Assembly (NCBI GenBank): GCA_951406725.2
Contig: OX597814.1
Span: 46,810,001-46,874,000, forward strand
Source: Octopus vulgaris
Lineage: Eukaryota
Reading direction: 5' to 3'
Length of the DNA: 64,000 nt
This document shows, piece by piece, positions 13,773 to 26,793 of the stretch. The position numbers were made by a program, and so were the translations under genes. The notes under the pieces are model-generated. The model searched no databases. It was not told where the DNA came from and worked only from the letters and a program-made list of their open reading frames with translations. Each line of letters opens with the position of its first letter. Position 1 is the first letter of the stretch.

Positions 13773-16700
13773 ATAGTCGGAATAATGAAAATCAACTGCT
13801 AATGACAGATAAATTTTAAATGGAACCTCTTTTTTTTTAAATCAGACTTGGTCATATTTTCTTCTATGAAAGTGTTTTGCAATTTAAATTAAGAGTAGGG
13901 CTTAATCTTGTCATTTATTTTCTAATAATTTTTGCCAAGTTATTGCTATCAGATATTCAGTGATTTGATTAAAATGTAGTGAATTTTAATATTCATTACT
14001 TCCGATTTCTGTTTCTAAAGTCTAGATTTGTTTCTTGTTTTACTTTGACTTCAACTTCTATTTGACATCTCGGATTACTATTTCACAAGTGTGGAAAAAT
14101 CTTCCAATTTTAAGTATTATAAATTAAACAAACCAAAAATAATACCACTGGAATTTCCTTCAAGATTAGAGAAATTAAAAAAAAAGGTAATTTAACTAAG
14201 AACTCTTACCCAAACTTTTCTACAGTTTTTCTGTTTCGCTCTTGAAATATGAAAACCTTGAAAATGTTTGAATTTGTTCCACAGAAGAAAATCTTTCTGA
14301 CCATTTGGTTATGAATCAAAAGTTCAGACTATTGCTGCTACTGCATTATGAAAGCATAAACTAATAAATTCTAAAGGAGCATTCTGCATTTTTATTAAAA
14401 CAATTTTAGGACAATATCAGCCAAGCTCTTTCTCCAAAGTAATCTATCTACTGATATGTTGTAAACCTCATTCACATGAATTTCTCTTTTCTACTTTGCT
14501 GTTAAGTAGTTTAATTTCAGTAGATTATGTATTTCTACTTAGATATTACATACAGTAATTTAAAATGTAGCTGCAGATTTAGTCCTTCGTTTTTCCAATT
14601 TTTGAAAATGAGTTGTGCTTCACTTAATGCTTTCTGTACTGTATAGAAAATGATATGTAATGGGTATATCAAATTAATTTGAGTCTGAATACCAGCATTT
14701 TCAGCTAACCACAGATATAAAGAAATTTGATGTAAGTGGAAAAAAAAAAGTAGGGGGAATCTCTGTCAGCTTATTATTATTAGCTTTATGATATTAACTC
14801 AGATGATAGACAGTAATTAGATATTTGACCGCAATTACAGATTCAGTAGCCTAAGATTGACAAAAAGCAAACCTAATCACACTCCTAACTAACAATATTA
14901 TACACGGTTATAATATTCCAGTAGCCATCATATCAGTCACTACACATAAATTGCTTCTAAAGGAAGTGACACACTAAAAAGGGTAAGCAGTATTTTAAAA
15001 CTATTAGGTCAACTAATAAAAATCACAAGTGGTTTTAGAATTGAAGGAATGATCTTTTGAATGTATGACAACATTCTGAATAGGGTCTTTTGTAACTTGA
15101 TAGCAAAAAACTATATGGCAAAAGGTCTATTTTACTTTTATCAATCCAGCAACTGTTGCTATAAATTCTCATGGCCTATATACTATGAAAAATTAGTAGT
15201 AAGTTACATATATGTCTTACAAGCAATTATGTTTGGGTATGTTGCATGCCTAATTTAGCCTTAAATCTTGGTTCAAACTTTTTTCCCTTTGCTCCTTATA
15301 GAAGTCATATCCTAGTTTTTTCATTTGTAGCAGGTAGTGTTATAGTTAGAAGAGTAATGGAAGTGTGTCTATACAAATAATATATGTATGCATGTAGTAT
15401 ACATTTATACAATATGATATTATAGATGCATTTCAGCTGGGTTTACCACTGAAAAGGCCCAATCCCAGTGCTCATTAGAAAGGCTGGTAGGAAAAGTATG
15501 GCGATGGATTTCTGCCATTGATGGCCAAGGAGTTTGTGAATGATATATATAAATAAAACAAGTTTTCGCACAGTTTTTGTCTTCCAAATTCCATTTGGTC
15601 AACCTGGTTGGAGACATTTAAATAAGGAGTCACACAGTGGGAATGAACCAAACAGTAAATGATTTCAAATCAAAGTTCTTAACCATGTGACTATGTTTGC
15701 ACTAAATCTACATTAGATTTATTTTTCTGGAGCTTTAATTAACATTTTGCTATTTATTCTATATGAGTTGCAGAATTGTAAAGTGCCAGACCTTGCAGTA
15801 CTTTGTGAAGTCCCTTGACACTCTGAGATTGAATTTCTCCATAGTTGACTTTACCTTTCTAGAGTCAATAAACTAACAATCAATGAAGATGCCAAGTTAA
15901 ATTATTTGATAGTAGCAACCTGCCATGTGGCAAAATTTCAAGCTTTTATCCTGCCTTTTCAATTAAATGATCTGAAATTAAAATTATTTAAAAAGTTAGT
16001 ATCATTCAAAATCAGCTCATCCATGACCATCCCTTCTTTTTTTTCAAGCAGTCTACATCTTGGACCATATTATTTAATGTGTCCTTTCTTTTGTAAGAGG
16101 GTAAGATGTGATTTGAAGATTTGGCTGCTATTTATAGTAGGGCAAGTGATTGCATCAAGGCTCTGTTGGTTCATATTTTTTAGCTTTTCAAATGAGTTTT
16201 CTCTACAAATAATTTATCTATTTGTAATAAGATATTTCTGAATACCAAAGTGTCATTAACATTTACTGCAATTTGGAGATTAATATACACTACTTTGATT
16301 GTAGAGTATTAGTATATTTCTAAGATGTGTTTTATTTCCTGAAATTGAATGAAACATTATTAACCAGTTTCAATATTGAAAGTAGTGTATGCCCAAGCTG
16401 AGAAGTCACATGTTTATTCTTTTTTGTTTTTTATTTATAGACTACTCTTGTCAAAACAAGTTGCTCAAATTTGATTTTTTATCAAAATTTGATTTTACTT
16501 GTGTATATAATACATACTCATTACTCAAATATTTTTTATTTGCCCTAGATATTGTTTGATTGCTTTTACCTACTGTCTATTGAAATTGTGCACAATTTGC
16601 ATATTACTTCTTAAATATGCAGTTGTTTATGACACGCTAAAACTTGTCTTGCTTGTTTAATGTGATATTGTGTGTTAGATGTTTTTTTTATGGAACTCTA

Positions 16701-17424
16701 GTTTTTATAGATATGTGCTTACTAAAACAAAACAACTTAAAGATATCTTTATCTAACTTCTACTGTTGTAATTTTGATAAAGGAATATGCCAATAAAAAT
16801 TTGGGGAAAAATAAAATAAAATAATTTAGTAATGATTGTTGTGTTTTAGAAGTTTTAAAAAATACTACAAGTCATAACTCATTTTGGCTGTGTTCTCAAT
16901 ATCAAATTATTAAATTTTTATTAAATGTATACACAATTTAAGTTGTATGCATGTAATAAGAATAATTTAGAAGAAATACATCTTGAGTCAAATTTTCCTG
17001 TTTCAATATGTGATTTTTATGATCATATTGAACTTATTACTAATATATAATGTTTCCTCACATAACCCAGTCAGCCTGCTTAAAGCAGGCTTATTATTAA
17101 AAAGAAAACATTCCAGTTATGAACATTCCCCTCTTCTTTTCAAACATAGGCCTTTCGGCAATATTGTTGTCTTAGTTTTTCAATTTAAGTTTCTATTAGG
17201 TATTTTTCTGTTATATTTTGTTAGGTAACTTGTGTAGCTTGTATGACTAAGGTTTGGATATATTTGTTTCACTAAATATTTTGGGAAGTATGCAATTTTT
17301 CTATTGAGCTTTCAAAACCGTTTTGGTTGACTCTATGGCAGAGATCAATTTGACATTACTTTGTTTTCCTCCGTCTATTGAAATTTCATTGAAGGCATGC
17401 CCATTTAGGCACAGGTTTGACTGT

Positions 17425-17600
17425 GGAGATACAAGTGCAGCTATTTGGTAAGAAAATTGCTTCCCAACTGCATAGTTTGGTTCACTCCTACTGCTTGGTA
17501 CCTTGGGCAAATGTTTTCTGCTATAGCCCCAGGCTGGCCAAAGCTTAATGAATGAATTTAGAAGGCAAAATTTGAAAGAAACCCATCTTGTTTGTGTGTG
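17425..17600 (+). mobile_element. Decayed tRNA-derived SINE (same family as 47293-47670)
   Basis: ggtaccttgggcaaatgttttctgctatagccccaggctggccaaagc matches the family body. Confidence 0.65.
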
Positions 17601-17989
17601 TATGTATGATTTTTCTTTAAGTTCTTTTTGAGAGAGTTCAAGCTGGTTGCCAACAAAGCAACAAGACATTTTGAATTAAGAGAGTTTTCAGTGTTTGTAA
17701 ATACATGGTTAAGTTGATGTGTTGATTGAACTGTCAATGCATACATCCAAGTGTGTACATCTATTCACATAAGAATCTCATATGAAAACCTTTTGAAATG
17801 TCGTACAAATCTTCACTATCCCATTAATAGATTGGATTTGGAGAATCCACATCACTTTCTTTTGCACTTATTTCATGAAACTGAGTATTTCTAGGTTTTT
17901 GTGCAAATTTGTTGGTACATAACCTGATGCACCTATGATGATTGGTACAAATGTGAATTCAGTCATATGTATGTATGTGTTAATTAATT

Positions 17990-18226
17990 ACTGTCTCTTT
18001 GCTTTTGACTTTGTGGATAGCTGCAAGCAAGTGCTACCATAATGCAAGTGATTTCATTTGCATCCAGTCTTCTGTGAAAAACATGTCTGATCATGGAGAA
18101 ATATTACCTTATTTGAAAACAAGTGAGGGTTGGTGACAGGAAGGGTATCCAGTCATAAAAAGTCTACCTCAAGAAATTCCAGCTGACTCTTGCTGACATA
18201 GAAAAGTAGATGTTGAAATGATGATG
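17990..18226 (+). mobile_element. Decayed RTE-related 3'-end element
   Basis: gttggtgacaggaagggtatccagtcataaaa...gatgttgaaatgatgatg terminus. Confidence 0.6.
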
Positions 18227-19779
18227 TATGTAAGGAATCACCCATCCATTAGATGATGTCAGTTTAAGCTTTTCCTTACTTCTCTTAAGATCTTTTTCTC
18301 TTTTTCCTCTAACCTTGATTACCAAGAGGATTCTTAAATATGATTCATGTGGATCTGTGCCCATGGTAGTTGAGCTTTTTTCATTTAGTATTTAACAGCA
18401 TTTTCTGATTTACATTCTCATATTGCCAACATATTTGTAGGTAAACATAAACAAGTTACCAACTTCTTTGTTAGTAATTTATCCTTTTTTTTTTATTTTG
18501 TCATGCTACCAATACTACTACATTCCAGTTGTTTACATTTTCTTGACAATATTTTGGCAATGCTTATATTTCTTCATCCATTCATTACAACCATTACAAC
18601 ATACATATAATACAATGCATTGCACTGAAATTGGAGTGTAACAAATGCAGTTCTTACTGTGAATAGCTAACTTTTTATTTCTTTTCTTTTTTCTTGACTG
18701 TCCATTCAAACACTATTTCTCTGCTTTTTTAGTATTGACCCAAATACTTGAATTTCCTTTTTCACTTGCCTCAACTTCAGTCCATTTGACTTGTTTTTAT
18801 GACCACTCTGTGCTGTTCCCATTTGTGTGCCAATTGTTTTGCTGTCTTTTCTCTTTGCCTTTATTAACTATTGTGATATTACGATTGTTAGCTTTTCAAT
18901 GGTATTTCTGCTTTATGGGAAGTTTACTCCATTTTCACTCTTTATATTGGAGCAACATGGGGAGAACTCACCTTCTTGCCTTTCTGCCTGGGTTAATAGA
19001 ATACTTCAAAATATTTGTTTGGTTTACCTGAAATAAGTTCCATTAATATAATTTTTATAATGGCTTTTCTTTCATATGAACAGTAGTTCATTGGATACAT
19101 AAATGTTTTGGTATAACAAACAAGTTTATACAAGTTGTCGTTAAAAGAGTTACATTAATGTCATATCAGGTTTGTAAATTTATTTATTGAAATTTTAATT
19201 TTGTTATACTTTTTATTGAAAGTCTGCATTATAGAAGTGGCAACTCCTAAAATTGAAATAAAATGATTGTTACAGTTGAATGTATGTACATATGGAGTAT
19301 CTATCTGGTGAGAAGAGTGCCTCCCAAAGAGATTAGAAAATCCAGATTAGACAAGGAACAGTGAAAAAACTGAAAAGTGTTTGTGTAAAGTATAATTGTG
19401 AAATTGTGTTAAATGACACATATTTCAATAGAGCTGTCAAAAAGAGCATAGTGAAGCAGACCTATGGTACTTTCCAATGCAAACCACTGAACAGTTTTGT
19501 GTTACATCTAGACAAGAACTGTGAGATAAGGGACAAGCTTGGCAAGTGTGGAAGTGATGGAAGAGCAAAAAATAAAAGTTTGAGATTTAGTGAAATTTAG
19601 AAGACCCTGCACAAGGAAGATGAGAGATGTGAAGTATTCTGAATGGCAACATAGTGAGATGCAAAGTATTCTGATGGCAAGATAGAAAATTGAATCTACA
19701 ATGATTCTTATTTCTAATAACAATGAAAAGAAAAAGGCATACAGGTATCATATAGAGGGCTTGTTGTACAAGTAATATA

Positions 19780-20690
19780 AATGTAATAGTAATATAAATG
19801 ACTGCCCCAATGAATGTGCAACATTAGTGTGAATGTACAACTAAGTGCAAATGTGCTGAGAGAAAAGTCAGGTATAAGAGGAATCAGACGCTGTATACAA
19901 GAGAGAAACTACAGTGGTTTTGACATGCGATGCATATAAATGAAAGCAGCTGTATAAAGATATGCCAACCATTTAAAGCAGATACTATCTGTGGAAAAGG
20001 GAGACAAAACATGGGATGAAGTAATGAGGACTGATCTCAAGACATTGGGCCTCACAGAGGAGAGGACAATGGACTGAGATGTCTGGTGATATGAGGTTCT
20101 TGAGAAGACCCACCCACCTCAGTGAAACTGAGTTCCGGAAGCACTGTGAGTTCTGCCGACATGTAACATTACCCTGCCCCAATAAACCAATCTACTTCTC
20201 TCCTTCCTCACATCTCTTCTTCATGCACTATATTTATCTCTTCCTCCCTGAGGCCCACTTTTGAAGCCCAATTCTGTCTTCATGTCCCTGCCAACTGAAT
20301 TGTTGCCTCCTCCCCATACATCTGGGCTACATCAGTCACTGCATTCTCCCCCTTCCCCACTTTTGAATTCACATGAACTCTTTATTCATGTACCTTACAC
20401 ATCCTTGTACCTTGAGAGTATACCCTGGCTCATCATCCCTCTCTCTTTCTCTCTCTCTCTCACTTAGGTAACTATGTATCTCCTTTGTAGCAAGACACCT
20501 ATTTCTGTCACTCTACCATACTGTAACCTCTCATCACCTGGAACAAAGCCAACTCCATCAGTACCACTTTCCCTCTCAGTTGAGCGATCTTTGTCTTGCA
20601 AATAATTTGGTGACCTCACTGGTGCCAGTGCCATGTAAAAAGCATCCTGTCCACTCTATAAAGCGGTTGGCATTGGGAAGGAATGGCGAT
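19780..20690 (+). mobile_element. Decayed RTE LINE C-terminus and 3' UTR
   Basis: gctgagagaaaagtcaggtataagaggaatcagacgctgtatacaagagaga and acatgggatgaagtaatgaggactgatctcaagacattgggcctcacagag parallel 11340-11600; gtaaaaagcatcc...gttggcattgggaagg near 20640-20680. Confidence 0.75.
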
Positions 20691-20834
20691 AAGCTATTTT
20701 AAATGATTTGGTAAAAAGTTGCAGTTCACTAATAAGTTGACAGTAGTGTTGGATGTGGATTTAGTGTATATAGAGTAAATAACTGTGGAATAGGAGATTA
20801 GAAGTTCAAGGAGTTATTTCTTCCAATCTTTTAC

Positions 20835-21180
20835 TTGTTCTAATCATCAGACTGTGCCCATGCTGGGGCACTACCTTGAAGAACATTTAGTCAATCAAAT
20901 CAACCCTAGTACTTATATATTTTTGGAGCCTAGTACTTATTTTTATCAGATTTTATCGGTCTCTTTTGTCCACCTGCTAATTCATGGGGATATAAACACA
21001 CCAACATTGGTTGTCAAGGGGTGGTGGGGTTAGACATGAATACACACTCACAAACGTATGAGCTTCCTTTAGGTTTTGTCTCCCAAATCTAAAGACACTT
21101 GTTGAGTGTGCCACACAAGGGAACTGAACTCAGAACCATGTGGTTGGCAAGCAAGCTTCTTACCACACAGCTACACTTGC
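20835..21180 (-). mobile_element. tRNA-derived SINE, decayed
   Basis: Reverse complement of the gctgtgtggtaagaagcttgcttgccaaccacatggttctgagttcagttcc head and the gtgccccagcatgg tail. Confidence 0.8.
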
Positions 21181-21787
21181 AATGTTGATAGAAGTCTGAC
21201 TTTTTGAAGATGATTGACTGTATGATGTATGTGTAAAAGATGCTGTGTAAAAATAAAACTAGGCTGATGAACTCTGAAGACTTGAGATGAATGGGGAGAG
21301 ATGAATATAGCTTATTTGTGTAATGTCAATTTTATGAGAAAGACTAAGTGCAAGTTAGTTAAAAAAAAAGTTGCTTGACACTATAAGCATTGACTAATGT
21401 ATATAGGAGAAGCAACGGTATTGATATGAATAAACAATATATCCCATTTTTTAATGCAGAATTAGTGTATAAACTTATCATAGATGTCAATAATGACACT
21501 TGAAATTTATCTCTCTTACATTCTGATGATTGCATATTCATATTTTTTGATTTCAGTACAATCCAGTCACAAATATTGTACTGAGACATACCTGCTATCT
21601 GTGTGTGTGTATGAGTGCACACACACACATATATATATAATTCACACATGCATGGATAGACTTTTGTTGAGCTAGGCTGGTATGCCTTAGTACAATAAAT
21701 GCTGAAGATGCATTGATCTGAAAGAATAACAAAGAAAGACAGCATGCCAAAAAACTGAGTAACAATGGCGTGAATCACCAGCATGGA

Positions 21788-21788
<1 letters not shown>

Positions 21789-21825
<37 letters not shown>

Positions 21826-22558
21826 TGTTTTTGTTTTTGGTTTGCAAGATTCTTTATGTGAATTCATGTGTTGGAGCATATTTTATTGCCTGGGGAGAGT
21901 CACTCTTTTAGTGCCTTATTACTTAACATACAGGTTGATTTCCACACATTTACATATTTATTTAAAAAAAACTTTTTGTTGCGTCTTGCAACCGTTTCAA
22001 TTGTCGTTGACTCTGTCCATTATCAGAGCTATGTACTTTTTGTTTGTTTGTGTGCATCAGTGTACATGTGTATACATGTATGTTTGTATATATACATGTA
22101 TGTGTGCATGTGCTCTGTGTGTATGCACATATGTGTGTGTATGTGTACATTTGTATATATATGTGTATTCTGCATATTCATGTGTTTGTGTATATACATC
22201 TGTCTCTTTGTGTGTGCATGTTTGAGTGTGTCTATGTGTATGGGTTTGTTTGACTATGTGCGTGCATCTTATGTATAGATGTGTCTCCATGTGTGTCCTT
22301 GTGTGTGTATATGTCTATGGTCATGTCTTTAGTTTTCATTTGTGTATGTATGTGTGTGTGTGCTTGTTTGTATTACCTATGTACCTGTCTATCCATCTGT
22401 TTACTTACATATCTATTTACCTATACACACACGTCTACATAACAGCCTACTAACAACTCTACTTGTGTGTATATAAACTGTGGGTATAGAGGTGTGACTA
22501 CCTTCTACGTATATTTCCTATCTAGTACTAGGGATGTTTCATTCATGAGAACATACTC

Positions 22559-22610
<52 letters not shown>
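21789..22610. repeat. TG/TA-rich low-complexity tract with an embedded repeat fragment
   Basis: (TG)n at 21789-21817, degenerate TG/TA at 22040-22440, (TA)n at 22563-22608. Confidence 0.85.
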
Positions 22611-22611
<1 letters not shown>

Positions 22612-22623
22612 CATGTATTATTT

Positions 22624-23050
22624 AGGCATGATTGTGTGGTTAAGAAGCTTGCTTTCCAAGCATGTGATCTTGGGTTCATTTCCACTGCGCAGCACCTTGG
22701 ACAAGTGCCTTCTACTATATCCCTCGGCTGACCAAAGCCTTATTAGTAAATTTGTAAATGAAAACTGAAAGACAAATGTATGTATACACACGCATACACT
22801 GTATACATACAGGGTATCTGCATGTATACATACATATGTATCTGCATGTGTGTTTGTATTTGTATTGTTTGTCCATCACCACCGCTTGACAACCGGTGTT
22901 GGTTTATTTATGTTCTTGTAACTTTGTGGTTTGGCAGAAAGAGACTAAAAATAAGTACTAGAGTTGATTTATTTCTTCAACTAGATCCTTCAAGCCAATA
23001 CCCCAGCATGGCTGGTGTCCAATGACTGAAACAAGTAAAACAGAAAAGAT
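22624..23050 (+). mobile_element. tRNA-derived SINE with an internal microsatellite
   Basis: A/B-box-like head (tgtgtggttaagaagcttgc...gggttcatttcc), body gcaccttggacaagtgccttctactata, tail ccccagcatggc...aatgactgaaacaagtaaaa. Confidence 0.85.
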
Positions 23051-23845
23051 CATATATATAAAGCTGACTCATCTTTTTCTTGAGCTCTAGAGTTTTGCAT
23101 ATTTTATTCTTCATATAATGCACCTTTGAATTACGTTCAGGAAGCTTGATTTATGATACTGAGTGTAGACATTAGAATACTAGGGAATTATGGCAAGAGA
23201 GACTGAATGAAAATGCATGTCATTGAGAATTTGTAACATAGATTTGTTTTGTTGACATAAAAATAATACCTCAATTTATGTGTAAAATGTTAATAATCAT
23301 ATTTTTGTAATGTTAGTATATATCTAGTGCATGCTCAATGTATGCATTGGAATACACATACAGTAAGAATCATGATAATTATACTTAAGTTACTCACTAT
23401 AAGCTGATACATTTGATAATGCACTAAAACACTTTACAATGTTTTATAAGAATAGATTAGATTGTTCAACATTTCGTAGTGTAAGCTGAAATTTATGAAA
23501 TTATAAAGATTGAAGTTCATTAATGATAAAAGATAAGACAAAGGAATGAATGTGTAAATGAAGTTTAAGTTTTGAAAATAGGACAATGCACTTATAACTA
23601 AAAATGAAAAACAACAAATTAGACGCATGTTGGAGATTTCTGTTAATTAAATATTAAGAAAGAGATGAAACAAAATTAAGCTAATAGAGTAAATAGCTAA
23701 CGAAACACCACACAGTGCAAAAATATGTAATTGTTATTAGTGTGGCATATATATATATATATACACACACACACATGCATACATATTTATCTATTTGTTT
23801 TGCAAGATTCCTGATGTGAATTCGTGTGTTGAAACCGCCATTGTT

Positions 23846-24048
23846 ATATTTTGAGATGATCTTGTTTTTTTTTTTATGCCAAATAAACACAACACATGCA
23901 CTATATATTCATTCTTCACTTCAGCTTTATTGTTGTTTTTATAAAGGACACTAAAATAAGAACAATAATAAAGCTAAAGTGAAGAATGAATATGTAGTGT
24001 GTGTGTTGTGTTTATTTGGCATTAAAAAAAATGTCCATCCTGAAATAT
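23846..24048. repeat. Long inverted repeat (fold-back), arms ~95 nt
   Basis: atgccaaataaacacaacacatgcactatatattcattcttcacttcagctttattgttg is the near-exact reverse complement of caataataaagctaaagtgaagaatgaatatgtagtgtgtgtgttgtgtttatttggcat. Confidence 0.92.
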
Positions 24049-24058
24049 ATATATATAT

Positions 24059-24316
24059 AGGATCGCGGTTTCGATTCCCAGACCGGGTGTTGTGAGTGTT
24101 TATTGAGCGAAAACTCCTAAAGCTCCACGAGGCTCCGGCAGGGGGTGGTGGTGATCCCTGCCGTACTCTTTGCCACAATTTTCTCTCTTTCTTCTGTTGG
24201 CCTGCTCGCTTAGCCAGTGGGGTGGCGTCGTTTAAAGGCTAAAACAATGCGAAGCGCATTGTGACCAGCGATGTGTAGCAACATCTGATGGCCTGGTTGG
24301 TCACGTGATCACGTGA
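24059..24316 (+). mobile_element. 5'-truncated SINE sharing its head with the 29141-29528 SINE but carrying a different tail
   Basis: ggatcgcggtttcgattcccagaccggg...tgagtgtttattgagcgaaa...agctccacgaggctc is shared; ends in ggtcacgtgatcacgtga; (TA)n on both sides. Confidence 0.85.
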
Positions 24317-24669
24317 TATATATATATATATATATATAAGATGGTAAAAAAAAAAAAAAAAGAAAGAGCACTTTTCCAATGGCCGAATAACTGAAGAGAT
24401 GGCGGCATGGATTTCCACCTTGGTATCTGAAACTCGGAGTTTTATCATGGCTACCGAATAATTGTGAGATAGTGGTGGGGGATGTATAGCTTAATAGTTA
24501 GAGCATTCAGCTAGTATCTGAGGAGTATGGGTTCAAGTCTCGTAGCTGCATTCTGGCAACTTTTTTCTGTCTTATAAAGGTAAATTCTCAATCTTTCTCT
24601 GCTGTCTTTAGTTTTACTGCATTTGAAATTGACCTTTTTGTCTGCACTATATATGTATGTATATATATA

Positions 24670-24905
24670 ATCATCATCATCATCAAACATCTGTTGTCCA
24701 TGCTGGCATGGGTTGGACAGATTGACTAGGACTGGTAAGCTGGGGGCTACACCAGGCTCCAGTCTGATTTGGCATGGTTTCTATGGTTGGATGCCCTTCC
24801 TAACGATAACCACTTCAAGAGTGTAACGGGTGCTTTTACATGCTACTGGCATGGGTGCCAGTTTTATGACACCAGTATCTGCCACAACAATGATTTCTCT
24901 TTGCT
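24670..24905 (-). mobile_element. RTE LINE 3'-end fragment
   Basis: (CAT)n followed by ctgttgtccatgctggcatgggttggac...ggatgcccttcctaacg; homologous to 6525-6740. Confidence 0.85.
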
Positions 24906-25003
24906 TGATATATACATACTTATGTATACGTATATATGTGTATGTATATATGTTTATTTGTACATAGTTAATTAAAACAACAAAGGAAAAAAATAGCAAT
25001 GCA

Positions 25004-25267
25004 GGGACGTAACACATACAAAGTATTATTAAGATGCTTGGAGAAGGAAAGAGTGGTTATTTTATGTTTCAAGCATAGCTCTTCTTCGGAAACAGGAGAC
25101 ATAGGAAAGTTACTACACATGGACTGTTGACGATTTTTTTCCTCCTTCCTTTTCTTTTGGACTTTCCTATGTCTCCTGTTTTCGAAGAAGCGCTATGCTC
25201 AAAATGTAAAACAACCACTCTTTCCTTCTTTGAGTGTCTTATTAATACTTTGCATGTATTATGTCCT
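25004..25267. repeat. Long inverted repeat (arms ~107 nt, 50-nt spacer), probably Penelope-like terminal repeats
   Basis: 25004-25110 (…gaaggaaagagtggttattttatgtttcaagcatagctcttcttcggaaacaggagacataggaaagt) is reverse-complementary to 25161-25267 (actttcctatgtctcctgttttcgaagaagcgctatgctcaaaatgtaaaacaaccactctttccttc…). Confidence 0.88.
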
Positions 25268-25489
25268 TATGTTGTTTTTTTCTGGTTTTTTTTTTATTTA
25301 ACTATTTATTGCATGTTCACACAGACCCCTGTCCTTCCAACAGGCTTTGGAGTACCTGATTCATGGATTTCTTTCTACTACCAGATTACTCACCTTATTC
25401 ATTCAGAGTATGCTATTTCTGCACCTTACACACACACACACACACATATTTATATGTATATAAATATACATGTGTATCAAACATATATA

Positions 25490-26793
25490 TGTGTATTGAA
25501 AAGTTTCCTGACTAGTTATGTTTAATAAAAAATAACTTATTTACCTAAGTTTCAACATCATCTCATTTGAAATAGTTACCTTATACAGCAATACACAGGT
25601 CCCAGCATTCCTGTCACCTTTGGAATCCAGCATGGAAGTTGTTTTCTGTAAGCGAATGAGGACCTTCTGCAATTTGTTCTGGATCTCAACAACAGTGTAA
25701 AATGGTAACTTTTGAGTTGCGTTTTCATCTTGGGGAAGAGATGGAAGTCTGCAGGTGCTAAATCTGGTGAATAGGGTGGGTGTAGAAGCAGTGCCATGTT
25801 GTTTTTGGAAAGAAACTTGCAAGTGAGGAGAGCTTGGTGACAGGGTGCATTGATGTCGTGAAGAATCCAGTTCTTCATACTCCACAGATCCGGCCACTTT
25901 CACTGAATGTCCTCCCTCAAGTGCTTCAAAATGTCACAGTAGAACTTTTGATTGATTGTTTGGCCCTGGGGGATGAATTCTCAATGCCCTCTACCACAGA
26001 TGTTGAGAAAAAAATGATGAGCATTCTCTTGAGCTGCAACTCTGTTGTACATTCTTCAGTCATGGAGATGAAGGGCTCCTCTATTGTGATGACTGCTGCT
26101 TCATCTCAGGGTTGTACCCGTAGGACCACCTCTCATCACCAGTGATGATCCTCAATATGAAGGATGGGTCATCAGCAGCACACTGACAGATATCTTGACA
26201 GACTTTAACATAATGTTCTTTCTGCTCATTGGTCAACAGGCAGGGGGCAAACTTGGTGCAAGACATGCCGCATGTTCTATTCAGACATTAGAATAGCCTG
26301 CATAAACCCAAACGACAAACCAACAACATCAGCAATGTTATTGTCTTCTGATGCTTCATGCATAAGCTGATGAATTTTCTTCACATTTTCAAGGGTGACA
26401 CTCATTCAGGTCTTCTAGATTGCTCATCATTTTCCTGGGACGTTCTGCTTTTGAAGTGCCTGTGTCACTTAAAACATTGTATATGACCCATTGCCTTATT
26501 GCAGTAAGCTTGTTGAAGCATGCTCAATGTCTCTACTGCAGACTTCCTAAGTTTAACGCAAAATTTTATGTTGGCTCTTTGTTCCAACTGCCTGTCCATG
26601 ACAAAATTGCAGACTATAGCATACATGTGATCACAAAAAAAAAAAAAATTCACAACTTGTGAAGTAAACACAATGATGTCACTCAGCACACTGCCTCATG
26701 AAGGTCACTGCTAGCTCTCACTGTGCATACAACTGTGTGCTGCCACCTGTTGGCACACTACAAAACTAGTCCAAAACTTTTTGATATCACCTT
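25490..26793 (-). mobile_element. Full-length decayed mariner (Tc1/mariner) transposon
   Basis: Minus-strand fragments EQRANIKFCVKLRKSAVET, KFAPCLLT, RIITGDERWSYGYNPE, WILHDINAPCH and HPPYSPDLAPADFHLF. Right TIR actttttgatatcacctt is followed by TA; left TIR is eroded. Confidence 0.93.

Noticed and set aside
24478-24560. tRNA-like sequence with A- and B-box traces
   Set aside because: The cloverleaf stems do not pair convincingly; more likely a decayed SINE head than a tRNA gene.
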